From Nemertoderma westbladi (taxonomy: Eukaryota; Animalia; Xenacoelomorpha), in NCBI GenBank assembly GCA_032718475.1, contig JAUCBJ010003086.1, positions 23,443 to 87,442 on the forward strand: a stretch of 64,000 bases of DNA, in the 5' to 3' direction. Within the stretch, counting starts at the first letter, position 1. The number at the start of each line of letters is the position of its first letter. Made by a program: the position numbers and the translations under genes. Below the pieces are notes generated by a model, which was given only the letters and a program-made list of their open reading frames with translations, had not been told where the DNA came from and ran no database searches. Shown here piece by piece: positions 48,701 to 60,618 of this stretch.

Positions 48701-51700
48701 TTAGTTCCCAGCTCCCGTCTCTCTAACTATTTTAGTTCCCAGCTCCCTTCTCTGTAACTGTTTCAGTTCCCAGCTCCCGTCTCTGTAACTGTTTTCGTTC
48801 CCAACTCCCGTTTCTATAACTGTTTTAGTTCCCAGCTCCCGTCTCTGTAACTGTTTTAGTTTCCAGCTCCCGTCTCTATAACTGTTTTAGTTCCCAGTTC
48901 CCGTCTCTGTAACTGTTTTAGTTCCCAGCTCCCGTCTCTCTAACTGTTATGTTCCCAGCTCCCGTCTCTGTAACTGTTATGTTCCCAGCTCCCGTCTCTG
49001 TAACTGTTTTCGTTCCCAACTCCCGTTTCTATAACTGTTTTAGTTCCCAGCTCCCGTCTCTGTAACTGTTTTCGTTCCCAACTCCCGTTTCTATAACTGT
49101 TTTAGTTCCCAGCTCCCGTCTCTGTAACTGTTTTAGTTCCCAGCTCCCGTCTCTATAACTGTTTTAGTTCCCAGCTCCCGTCTCTCTAACTGTTATGTTC
49201 CCAGCTCCCGTCTCTGTAACTGTTTTTTCCCAGCTCCCGTCTCTATAACTGTTTTAGTTCCCAGCTTTCGTCTCTCTATCTGTTTTAGTTCCCAGCTCCC
49301 GTCTCTATAACTGTTTTAGTTCCCAGCTCCCGTCTCTATAACTGTTTTAGTTCCCAGCTCCCGTCTCTATAACTGTTTTAGTTCCCAGCTCCCGTCTCTC
49401 TAACTGTTTTAGTTCCCAGCTCCCGTCTCTATAACTGTTTTAGTTCCCAGCTCCCGTCTCTATAACTGTTTTAGTTCCCAGCTCCGTCTCTCTAACTGTT
49501 ATTTTCCCAGCTCCCGTCTCTATAACTGTTTTAGTTCCCAGCTCCCGTCTCTATAACTGTTTTAGTTCCCAGCTCCCGTCTCTCTAACTGTTTTAGTTCC
49601 CAGCTCCCGTCTCTATAACTGTTTTAGTTCCCAGCTCCCGTCTCTATAACTGATTTAGTTCCCAGCTCCCGTCTCTATAACTGTTTTAGTTCCCAGCTCC
49701 CGTCTCTCTAACTGTTTTAGTTCCCAGCTCCCGTCTCTATAACTGTTTTAGTTCCCAGCTCCCGTCTCTATAACTGTTTTCGTTCCAGCTCCCGTTTCTA
49801 TAACTGTTTTAGTTCCCAGCTCCCGTCTCTGTAACTGTTTTAGTTCCCAGCTCCCGTCTCTATAACTGTTTTAGTTCCCAGCTCCCTTTTCTGTAACTCT
49901 TTTAGTTCCCAGCTCCCGTCTCTCTAACTGTTTTAGTTCCCAGCTCCCGTCTCTCTAACTGTTTTAGTTCCCAGCTCCCGTCTCTATAACTGTTTTAGTT
50001 CCCAGCTCCCGTCTCTCTAACTGTTTTAGTTCCCAGCTCCCGTCTCTATAACTGTTTTAGTTCCCAGCTCCCGTCTCTATAACTGATTTAGTTCCCAGCT
50101 CCCGTCTCTATAACTGTTTTAGTTCCCAGCTCCCGTCTCTCTAACTGTTTTAGTTCCCAGCTCCCGTCTCTATAACTGTTTTAGTTCCCAGCTCCCGTCT
50201 CTATAACTGTTTTCGTTCCAGCTCCCGTTTCTATAACTGTTTTAGTTCCCAGCTCCCGTCTCTGTAACTGTTTTAGTTCCCAGCTCCCGTCTCTATAACT
50301 GTTTTAGTTCCCAGCTCCCTTTTCTGTAACTCTTTTAGTTCCCAGCTCCCGTCTCTCTAACTGTTTTAGTTCCCAGCTCCCGTCTCTCTAACTGTTTTAG
50401 TTCCCAGCTCCCGTCTCTGTAACTGTTTTTTCCCAGCTCCCTTCTCTCTAACTGTTTTAGTTCCCAGCTCCCGTCTCTATAACTGTTTTAGTTCCCAGCT
50501 CCCGTCTCTCTAACTGTTTTAGTTCCCAGCTCCCGTCTCTATAACTGTTTTAGTTCCCAGCTCCCGTCTCTATAACTGTTTTAGTTCCCAGCTCCCTTCT
50601 CTGTAACTGTTTCAGTTCCCATCTCCTGTCTCTGTAACTGTTTTAGTTCCCAGTAACTTCTCTGTAACTGTTTTAGTTCCCAGCTCCCGTCTCTATAACT
50701 TTTAGTTCCCAGCTCCCGTCTCTATAACTGTTTTAGTTCCCAGCTCCCTTCTCTGTAACTGTTTCAGTTCCCATCTCCTGTCTCTGTAACTGTTTTAGTT
50801 CCCAGTAACTTCTCTGTAACTGTTTTAGTTCCCAGCTCTAGTCTCTATAACTGTTTTAGTTCCCAGCTCCCGTCTCTATAACTGTTTTAGTTCCCAGCTC
50901 CCATCTCTATAACTGTTTTAGTTCCCAGCTCCCATCTCTATAACTGTTTTAGTTCCCAGCTCCCGTCTCTGTAACTGTTTTAGTTCCCAGCTCCCGTCTC
51001 TCTAACTGTTTTAGTTCCCAGCTCCCGTCTCTCTAACTGTTTTAGTTCCCAGCTCCCATCTCTCTAACTGTTTTAGTTCCCAGCTCCCGTCTCTCTAACT
51101 GTTTTAGTTCCCAGCTCCCGTCTCTCTAACTGTTTTAGTTCCCATCTCCCTTCTCTGTAACTGTTTTAGTTACCAGCTCCCATCTCTATAACTGTTTTAG
51201 TTCCAAGCTCCCGTCTCTCTAACTGTTTTAGTTCCCAGCTCCCGTCTCTCTAACTGTTTTAGTTCCCAGCTCCCATCTCTCTAACTGTTTTAGTTACCAG
51301 CTCCCATCTCTATAACTGTTTTAGTTCCCAGCTCCCGTCTCTCTAACTGTTTTAGTTCCCATCTCCCTTCTCTGTAACTGTTTTAGTTACCAGCTCCCAT
51401 CTCTATAACTGTTTTAGTTCCCAGCTCCCGTCTCTATAACTGTTTTAGTTCCCAACTCCCTTCACTATAACTGTTCTAGTTCCCAGCTCCCGTCTCTCTA
51501 ACTGTTTTAGTTCCCAGCTCCCGTCTCTCTAACTGTTTCAGTTCCCATCTCCTGTCTCTGTAACTGTTTTAGTTCCCAGTAACTTCTCTGTAACTCTTTT
51601 AGTTCCCAGCTCCCGTCTCTCTAACTGTTTTAGTTCCCAGCTCCCGTCTCTATAACTGTTTTAGTTCCCAGCTCCCGTCTCTATAACTGTTTTAGTTCCC

Positions 51701-53693
51701 AGCTCCCGTCTCTCTAACTGTTTTAGTTCCCAGCTCCCGTCTCTCTAACTGTTTTAGTTCCCACCTCTCGTCTCTATAACTGTTTTAGTTCCCAGCTCCC
51801 GTCTCTATAACTGTTTTAGTTCCCAGCTCCCGTCTCTCTAACTGTTTTAGTTCCCAGCTCCCTTCTCTGTAACTGTTTCAGTTCCCATCTCCTGTCTCTG
51901 TAAATATTTTAGTTCCCAGCTCCCGTCTCTATAACTGTTTTAGTTCCCAGCTCCCGTCTCTCTAACTGTTTCAGTTCCCATCTCCTGTCTCTGTAACTGT
52001 TTTAGTTCCAAGTAACTTCTCTGTAACTGTTTTAGTTCCCAGCTCCCGTCTCTCTAACTTTTTAGTTCCCAGCTCCCGTCTCTCTAACTGTTTTAGTTCC
52101 CAGCTCCCGTCTCTATAACTGTTTTAGTTCCCAGCTCCCGTCTCTATAACTGTTTTAGTTCCCAGCTCCCGTCTCTCTAACTGTTTTAGTTCCCAGCTCC
52201 CGTCTCTCTAACTGTTTTAGTTCCCACCTCTCGTCTCTATAACTGTTTTAGTTCCCAGCTCCCGTCTCTATAACTGTTTTAGTTCCCAGCTCCCGTCTCT
52301 CTAACTGTTTTAGTTCCCAGCTCCCTTCTCTGTAACTGTTTCAGTTCCCATCTCCTGTCTCTGTAAATATTTTAGTTCCCAGCTCCCGTCTCTATAACTG
52401 TTTTAGTTGCCAGCTCCCGTCTCTATAACTGTTTTAGTTCCCAGCTCCCGTCTCTCTAACTGTTTTAGTTCCCAGCTCCCTTCTCTGTAACTGTTTCAGT
52501 TCCCATCTCCTGTCTCTGTAAATATTTTAGTTCCCAGCTCCCGTCTCTATAACTGTTTTAGTTCCCAGCTCCCGTCTCTATGACTGTTTTAGTTCCCAGC
52601 TCCCGTCTCTATAACTGTTTTAGTTCCCAGCTCCCGTCTCTCTAACTTCTTAGTTCCCAGCTCCCGTCTCTCTAACTTTTTAGTTCCCAGCTCCCGTCTC
52701 TCTAACTGTTTTAGTTCCCAGCTCCCGTCTCTATAACTGTTTTAGTTCCCAGCTCCCGTCTCTATAACTGTTTTAGTTCCCAGCTCCCGTCTCTCTAACT
52801 GTTTTAGTTCCCAGCTCCCGTCTCTCTAACTGTTTTAGTTCCCACCTCTCGTCTCTATAACTGTTTTAGTTCCCAGCTCCCGTCTCTATAACTGTTTTAG
52901 TTCCCAGCTCCCGTCTCTCTAACTGTTTTAGTTCCCAGCTCCCTTCTCTGTAACTGTTTCAGTTCCCATCTCCTGTGTCTGTAACTATTTTAGTTCCCAG
53001 CTCCCGTCTCTATAATTGTTTTTGTTCCCAGCTCCCGTCTCTCGAACTGTTTTAGTTCCCAGCTCCCGTCTCTCTAACTGTTTTGTTCCCAGCTCCCGTC
53101 TCTGTAACTATTTTAGTTCCCAGCTCCCGTTTCTATAACTGTTTTAGTTCCCAGCTCCGGTCTCTATAACTGTTTTAGTTCCCAGCTCCCATCTCTATAA
53201 CTGTTTTAGTTCCCAGCTCCCGTCTCTATAACTGTTTTAGTTCCCAGCTCCCGTCTCTCTAACTGTTTTGTTCCCAGCTCCCTTTTCTGTAACTGTTTTA
53301 GTTCCCAGCTCCCGTCTCTATAACTGTTTTAGTTCCCAGCTCCCGTCTCTCTAACTGTTTTGTTCCCAGTTCCCGTCTCTGTAACTATTTTAGTTCCCAG
53401 CTCCCGTCTCTATAACTGTTTTAGTTCCCAGCTCCCGTCTCTATAACTGTTTTAGTTCCCAGCTCCCGTCTCTATAACTGTTTTAGTTCCCAGCTCCCGT
53501 CTCTATAACTGTTTTAGTTCCCAGCTCCCATCTCTATAACTGTTTTAGTTCCCAGCTCCCGTCTCTATAACTGTTTTAGTTCCCAGCTCCCGTCTCTATA
53601 ACTGTTTTAGTTCCCAGCTCCCGTCTCTCTAACTGTTTTGTTCCCAGTTCCCGTCTCTGTAACTATTTTAGTTCCCAGCTCCTGTTTCTGTAA
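27741..53693 (+). repeat. 31-bp satellite array, about 26 kb, roughly 830-840 units, intronic
   Basis: Consensus TAACTGTTTTAGTTCCCAGCTCCCGTCTCT(A/G/C), single orientation, no interrupting unique sequence seen. Confidence 0.98.
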
Positions 53694-54352
53694 ACTTTTT
53701 AATAATTTGTAACCCAAGCTATTTGGATATCAATGCAAATGAACTGCGGACGTCCTTCGTTTCTCGGTTTGTTTTTGATATAATGTTATCGCCTGGATGT
53801 GGTTTATCGGTTTATGTGCATTATGCATTATGACAATGGGTGGTTTAAATAAAAACTTAGCAATTACTAATGATTTTTTTATTTTTTTATTTTTATTTTT
53901 TAATGATTTAATGAATTACTACTAATAATTAAAAGTATTACTAATGAGCTAATCAGCATTTGCTAAAACTGTGGATTACTCATACTGAATGGCCTGCCTG
54001 ATTATTATAGCATCATGAGGGGCAAGGTAGTAAATAGTCAGCTAACTCTGTTCCTATCAGTTCACAGACTGCAGACCTACTGTGCCTGTGCCTGCAGTCT
54101 TACAATTAAATCGTATTAAAGCATCTAGTAACCCTATTCTGTTATCAGTTCTAACCAACTGTTCCATGGTTTCTAGAATTCGAATAATGTCGAATATGTC
54201 ATTATCATTATGATTTTACTATTGGTGTAGTTTGTTTTCAGTCGTAATATACTGTCTTGTTTCTTATTGTTTGTGCTATTGTCGTAAGTAATGTGTTGTA
54301 AGTAATTTTATGGACAAGTTGTCTGGAATAAAAGTAAATAATAATAAATAAT

Positions 54353-54646
54353 TGTAAGCGGATTCAATTCCGCCGCATTACCCTCATAAAATGGGAAGTG
54401 GCACCTTTTCAGCAATATGTTGGAGATACGAGATTAGCAATAACTAATCTCGTATCACAACCAACACCGGGGACAACACAACCCAAAAGCCACACACAAA
54501 GGGAGGTTAGAGGTCAAACCACCTCGGAAGGGGAAACAATCAGCAGGGGCCAACAGGGGGGAAACACTCCCAGAGAGGGGAGAGGCGTGAAGTAGATTAT
54601 TAGCCAATAGGGGCGAGGGAGAGCATCCACTAGGTGAAAGGCCACA
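54353..54646. mobile_element. Possible solo LTR
   Basis: GC-rich 294-bp island starting TGT and ending ACA; flanks ATAAT/GTAGT are only a degenerate TSD; internal 13-bp perfect hairpin. Confidence 0.3.
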
Positions 54647-55299
54647 GTAGTATAGAAGTAATTATACATATATTATGCCGTTACCGGTCTGGTTATTCAG
54701 TTACCCAGTTATTGGTTTTTAGTGCAGACCGGTGACATTCCTCACCGTCACCAATATATCCACACATACCGGTATCCATCACAACTCTCATTATCCAAAC
54801 TTAATTGTACTATTATTCAGTTACCCATATTAACATTCAAAGTATCAAGAGATAACAACAAACTCTTATTCTTATTACTTCACTTCAACGGTGACGCGTA
54901 GTTTATTTATCCAGTCAGCCCTTGATCCCGTCACAATAATAATAATAATTACCATCTCAATAAAGAATAAGTTGTTGTCCACCAACCTTACTCTAACCAT
55001 GAGTTGACCTAGGCCATAGTACAAGAGCATTGAACTTGATGCACTACAACAATTAAATATAATAAAATTACCTCGCCTCATGCAGATGCAAATCTATGCA
55101 ATTTTTGTGAAGTCCATATCTTTACGATAAAATTCAGTTTGTTTGGAATCCTTGCATAGTCTAGTCAGCATAGTCAATTTTACGCATTATTAATTACGCA
55201 ATAAAAATGCATCCATCTCCAGATTCGACGCAAATAACAGTTTATAACTCCAAAAAATATAACTATAACCGGTTCTATTGAGTTTCGTTTATTGCTTTC

Positions 55300-55635
55300 C
55301 CCAAATTGGTATTAAAAATGGTTAAATGATTAGAATTTCCGTTGCTCTGAAAACTAAATTTGTAACATCTAGAACTTTATCATGCTTCATAGTCATTAGA
55401 GTAAAGTTTGTCCGTACCAAATTCTGAGAAAATCCCACCAATAGACCCATTGTTGCTATGTAAAATCCATGTTGCTAAGGAAAGAAACAGGAAATTGAAG
55501 GTGATCCGAATAATATATTTTTATAGACTTTTTGGGGGGTATTAACAAGGTAATATAGAAAAAAAAAGTTGGTTTCGATGAATTGCAATTTGTTATGGGT
55601 TGACCCCCTTTTTTGGCTAGATTGACTCGCCTATA
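55300..55635 (-). mobile_element. Partial inverted copy of the TIR element at 59139-60137
   Basis: Reverse complement of ~59139-59485, ending GCTAGATTGACTCGCCTATA. Confidence 0.8.
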
Positions 55636-56071
55636 AGGAAGCAAAATGAGTTGAAGAGTAGGTCTACGGTAATTGGATTCGCAGTATATATGGAAGCAAT
55701 ATGGTAAAATACTACAATTCAATTTATTTTGTAACACTACTGTACTGTAATCTATATCGCTCTGTTTCATTACGAATTCAGCAACAAAAAAGTTCCAATT
55801 TAATAATAAATTACGTATTACATGGGAAATAAACGTAGACATTTTTTTCTATATTCTCTCGACCCTTTATTAACCTCGCTGACGCTCGGTAAAAAAATGC
55901 CTTGAGAATAATAAAAACAAAGTTCTACTTTTTTTGCGTGTAATAAATAATTATTGATTTTCATGTTTTCATAGTCACATATTATCTGCTAAAATGTATT
56001 GGACTTACCAGTTTAATTAATGTCGATCTAATTAAATCTTTTGTTTCAATTATCATGTTTTATTGTTTCAG

Positions 56072-56161
56072 TTTTCGGAGGCAAAGGACACATTTCTTCG
56101 AGCGTGTCGATTGTGGCCCAGTGCAGTTACTTGGCTAGGAGTTGGAATAGCGTGCTATCAG
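56072..56161 (+). CDS. CFAP70: CFAP70-like exon (FSEAKDTFLRACRLWPSAVTWLGVGIACYQ)
   Basis: ttgtttcag acceptor, GTAATT donor, 90 bp; TWLG.GIACY matches the CFAP70 C-terminal TPR. Confidence 0.92.
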
Positions 56162-56370
56162 GTAATTTAGCGAAATATTTAAACGCAATAATGTAGTTAC
56201 GTTATGTAATCACTATTTGTATATAAAAACAGTTGGTAACAAGAGAGAATAAACCATCCTGTTCTATTGACTTTCGTTTATCGTTTTAGATAGAGTAAAG
56301 TGCCAATGTACATTATCAGTTCTTTTCCCTTAATTATAAGAACATTAGGGCTTATTGCTGTCAAAAAAAC

Positions 56371-56565
56371 GTCTGTTTGTTTGTTTGTCTGTATATTTGT
56401 TTGTGTGTATGTTTGGGTGTCTGTATGTTTGTTTGTCTGTATGTTTGTTTGTCTGTATGTTTGTTTGTCTGTATATTTGTTTGTGTGTATGTTTGGGTGT
56501 CTGTATGTTTGTTTGTCTGTATGTTTGTTTGTCTGTATGTTTGTTTGTCTGTATGTTTGTTTGTG
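56371..56565. repeat. Compound microsatellite based on GTTTGTCTGTAT
   Basis: 12-bp unit with a 60-bp higher-order repeat; source of several spurious ORFs. Confidence 0.92.
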
Positions 56566-56787
56566 CACATTTATGTTGGTAAAGTCTAATTCCACGGGTA
56601 CCTGTCATCCGAAATATTGATTATGAAATATTGTTGGATGCAGTTCACCATACTGTAGGCCCCTATAACTCTATCAAACTGTCCTTCTTAGGGGCTGGTG
56701 GTCTTCTTATAGCCAGCGTGCTGGCTCTCTAGTTTATGTCTAACTTTGGTAGTTTTAAGATTTGGTATCTGAATGTTTCGTTTGCAG

Positions 56788-57042
56788 TTAAATGAGTTAT
56801 CTGAAGCGGAGGATTGTCTGTGTGAAGCGAATATTCTCAACAACTCCGATCCTGTGGTATGGGCCTATCTGGCGTTGGTCTGTCTGAAGACGAACCGTGA
56901 CCTCGAGGCCGAACAGGCCTACAAGTACAGTCTGAAGACGGGATTGGAGGACGGAGAACTATTGGATAGACTGCACCAGTTACAGCAGCAAGTCGGATTC
57001 GGTAACCCAGAGTTACAATACACTGGATCTCAAGAAACCTAA
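56788..57042 (+). CDS. CFAP70: CFAP70-like terminal exon
   Basis: tttgcag acceptor; EAED.L.EAN.LNN....[21 protein letters not shown]...VGFGNP is the CFAP70/TTC18 C-terminus; TAA stop. Confidence 0.93.
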   Translation, partial: LNELSEAEDCLCEANILNNSDPVVWAYLALVCLKTNRDLEAEQAYKYSLKTGLEDGELLDRLHQLQQQVGFGNPELQYTGSQET

Positions 57043-57256
57043 ATATTTGTTAATTACAATGTTACTAGGCTACAGACAGACTCTCTCAGAGACTCCGTTG
57101 TAAATTTCACGCCGTCAAAATGTAATTATTAGTTGGTTTATTTGTCTAAAATTGTGTAAATATTTCTTTATTATTTCATTTTGGTCAAAATTTATATTAA
57201 CTAAAGTATTTAACTAAATTGTTCGATATTTTTATGTACGCAGTATGAATTGGACT

Positions 57257-57262
57257 AATAAA
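57257..57262 (+). terminator. Candidate polyadenylation signal of the CFAP70-like gene
   Basis: AATAAA about 215 bp after the stop; AT-rich context lowers specificity. Confidence 0.4.
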
Positions 57263-57949
57263 ATCAAAATACATTATATCCTGATTTTATTATCTCAGCA
57301 CGAATTTGCAACAACAAGTCATTTATAACAACATATCACATTGCAGCCGGACATATATTTATATATTTATATATTTATACACAAGTGTAGTGTAGGCCTA
57401 CATTGCAATATTTTACCGCCTTTGTATTTATTTTAATTATGTGAAAAAGGCGTTTATGGCCGGCCTTTGTATAGGGCCTATTTATGGGAACCTTCCTCGC
57501 TGCGCTCGCTCTGTACATATATACACTCGGAGTCATAACGCCGAAAAGTGCTAATTTTTTACAAATAAATACGATAGTTCTATAATAAACTGCATTACCA
57601 ACACATATCATCCAGACCATTGAGTCATTCTATGCACAACTAACATTAAGTGATAGGTAATTTAATTATGTTGCTATGACTTCATATAAAAATTAATTGA
57701 GAAATAGTAACTAGAAAGAAGCCTAATAACTGTTACCAATTAATATATAACCTTTTATTGAGCTAAAATATTAGTTAGAATATAAATAATACAAGCTAGT
57801 CCTACTGTATTGTAAATGTAATGAACTCAACTGGAGATACCAAAAATAACGCCAACAGTAGGGCTAATAATGTATTGAATGAATGTATCGCCTGGAATCA
57901 GTTTCTTAGCGAAAACGAAACTTAACGAAATTTTTAAAAACTTAACTAA

Positions 57950-58139
57950 GGCCGCGTTCACACTACCGGGTCAAAGTCAAAAGTCAAATTGTAAAAAAAA
58001 ATAACAAGAAATTAATTTTTTTCTAGAAAGCCATTATGTATTATATTAGGCCTATATAATGTATTATTATTTATTATTGCTATCTACAGTAGCTATATTT
58101 ATTTTCTTTTGACTTTGACTCGGTAGTGTGAACGCGGCC
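57950..58139. mobile_element. PIF/Harbinger (Tourist-like) MITE, 190 bp
   Basis: About 34-bp TIR GGCCGCGTTCACACTACCG(G/A)GTCAAAGTCAAAAG with TAA duplicated on both sides. Confidence 0.9.
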
Positions 58140-58664
58140 TAACTTATTGAAATCTATTTTTTGATTGAAAACCTACAGTAATAGATTGAAATCGAATGTT
58201 AATAACTTATTAATTTTAGCTAGAAGGCCTTCTAATTAATAATTATATTGGTTGGTTTAGAGATAATAATAAAAGTTCCACACATTTGATTTTATAATTA
58301 TTATTATTTGCAAAATTTTCATAAATCACTAAGTACCTAAAAAATCACTAGCTACCATAAAAAAACATGCTACCATAAAAAAACGTTATTCGCCACAATG
58401 ATAAAGAAAAAAAAATAATAATTAGACAGTAATGAACCATTAAAAACACACATTTAAAAAATACAGATTTGGTGTGTACATGTACGGTAGTGATACCGGT
58501 TGCCTGCGAGTGTGGCCGAATATATTTCGTTAATTGGCACTGGTTAAATACAGGCGACCCCCCTGAATGCTGATTTCAACCATTTTTCAATTTCGTTATT
58601 TTTCGGAAACTTTATCGCAATTCCCTTTGAGTGCGAGAACCGAGATACAATAAGTTTCCAATCG

Positions 58665-59081
58665 ATGGCTGAATATGGGCTTCGGACTTGGAGACAGTGG
58701 GTGTCTGACCTGCGCTCCAGGTCTACGCTAACGCAGACTCTAGTGGGCGGAGGGGTGGGTCTGGCTGCGGCGTACCTCGCCAAACAGGTCAGTCGCACAG
58801 CAGCGTTGAGCGTTGGCGGCGGTTTACTCTTACTGCAACTGCTGCACCACGGGGGATACGTTCAGGTTAACTGGAACCGCATTAAAGACGACGCTAATGG
58901 AGTGTTGCAGGACGCCAGACGACTAGCCTCCTGCTCTGGTATCTACGCCGTAATGGACAGCGCGGAAGAGTTCGTCCAAGAGAATCTCGTTATATCAGCG
59001 TCGTTTACATCCTGTTTCTGCGTCGCCTTCTATTACCCTACATCAATGGGCGCGATAGTCAACTTATTATACTTATATTGA
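58665..59081 (+). CDS. FUNDC1: FUN14-domain mitochondrial outer membrane protein (FUNDC1/2-like), intronless, 138 aa
   Basis: Q..VGGG.G..A.YL...V...AA..VGGG.LLLQ...H.GYVQVNW.RI..D and F...N.VIS..F motifs. Confidence 0.88.
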   Translation: MAEYGLRTWRQWVSDLRSRSTLTQTLVGGGVGLAAAYLAKQVSRTAALSVGGGLLLLQLLHHGGYVQVNWNRIKDDANGVLQDARRLASCSGIYAVMDSAEEFVQENLVISASFTSCFCVAFYYPTSMGAIVNLLYLY

Positions 59082-59138
59082 ATGTTGGATTGTTTGTATT
59101 ATTGAATTTCAAGGTATACAAGTAGTGAGAGTGCAGTA

Positions 59139-60137
59139 TATAGTCCAGTCAATCTAGCCGAAAAAGGGTGTCAACCCATAACAAATTCGCAATTCATCCA
59201 AACCAATTATTTTTTATTCTGTATTACCTTGTTAACACCCCCAAAAAAGTCTATAAAAATATATTATGCGGATCACCTTCAATTTCCTGTTTCTTTCCTT
59301 AGCAACATGGATTTTACATAGCAACAAGGGGTCTATTGGTGGGATTTTCTCCAAATTTGGTACAGACACACTTTACTCTAATGACTATCGATTGACAGAA
59401 GTATGCACTTCTAGATAGGTACCAATTTAGTTTCCATAGCAACGGAAATTTGTGTAATAATTTCACCATTTTTAATACCAATTTTGCTGGTACAATATAG
59501 GGATCTTATTTACACAACTTCTCTACTAAACAGGTGGATGTAACCTCGCCCATCGGATTTATCGACCTCAAAAACCCTTATCCCCAAAAATTTATTTGTT
59601 ATATAATAAACTATTGTGGTTTTTAAACTAAAACAAATAAATAAATTACACCTAAAATCAATAGAGCAATCATAATTTAAGTATGTGAAAAATCTTCACT
59701 AACATTAATGGAAATTATGAAATTTCCTTGCAGTGGAATTGTATAATTTTTTTTACAAAAGTTAGCTTAATATATCGTGAAGTTTTTGATATATTTAAAA
59801 ATTTGATGCGACTTCTAGTTTCCGAGATATATCAATTAATGTGTAACACGCCAGTGTAAATATTACTAATTTCCCATTGAATCACAGCTTATTGTGAAAT
59901 TAATTAAATTATTCTGGAACATTACTAATTTGCTACTTACTTTTCCCTACTGTTCCTTTTGTTTGGCTTGTGTTATGTAAATTTACGCAGAATTTCCATG
60001 AATAAACATATGATTCGCAAAATAAAATTTTATAGACTTTTTTTGGTCATTTATTTAGGTAATATAGAATCCAAAATATGTGGTTCGGATTGATTGCGAA
60101 ATATTTACGGGTTTTTTGCTAGATTGACTCGACTATA
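59139..60137. mobile_element. Non-autonomous TIR transposon, about 1 kb, in TA-rich target
   Basis: TATAGTC(C/G)AGTCAATCTAGC at left pairs with GCTAGATTGACTCGACTATA at right, with weaker inverted similarity for about 120 bp. Confidence 0.75.
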
Positions 60138-60548
60138 TGTTTGTTTAGTTTGTTCATGATTACCTTGGTATTTCTTAGAATATCATCACAAAACAGATAA
60201 AGAATCTTGTGTATTTTTATTAAATACGGTATAATAAATGGCCTCCATCGAATGCAAATTCTTGGAATCTTTTAGTCCATGGGCCAGCCAGCATAGGGGA
60301 TTCTTTTTGGTAACCACCCGGAACTTATATTTTTGGGAAGACCTAGCTTCTGGCCATTCATTTTGATATGATAACAAATCTGAATCGGTAGCTAACTTGG
60401 TGTTATCACCGGTTGTCATGGAAATGGTAAAACAACAAACATGCTGTGGTATTCTAATAACTCAATATAAATTCATCGCATCTTTTGAAAAAGATAGCTA
60501 CTGGTCTAACAATTCTAAATGTGACATAAAATATTGAATATAATTTTT

Positions 60549-60562
60549 GTTACCATGGGAAC
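60549..60562. promoter_or_regulatory. RFX X-box-like motif GTTACCATGGGAAC
   Basis: Close match to the GTTNCC-AT-GGNAAC consensus; function unshown. Confidence 0.35.
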
Positions 60563-60618
60563 ACTGCTAAATGAAAACTGACATGTTTTAGAAAATTAGC
60601 TACCATTCTAGAACAATA

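Noticed and set aside
27741-53693. CRISPR-like, telomeric or coding repeat
   Set aside because: No spacers; 31-bp period with stops and no long ORF; not a TTAGG(G)-type repeat; lies between two in-frame exons.
13765-53693. Common origin of the 27-bp minisatellite and the 31-bp satellite
   Set aside because: Only a short GGAACT/CTGGG resemblance on opposite strands; periods and remaining sequence differ.
56278-56620. Six overlapping ORFs
   Set aside because: Produced by the GTTTGTCTGTAT microsatellite.
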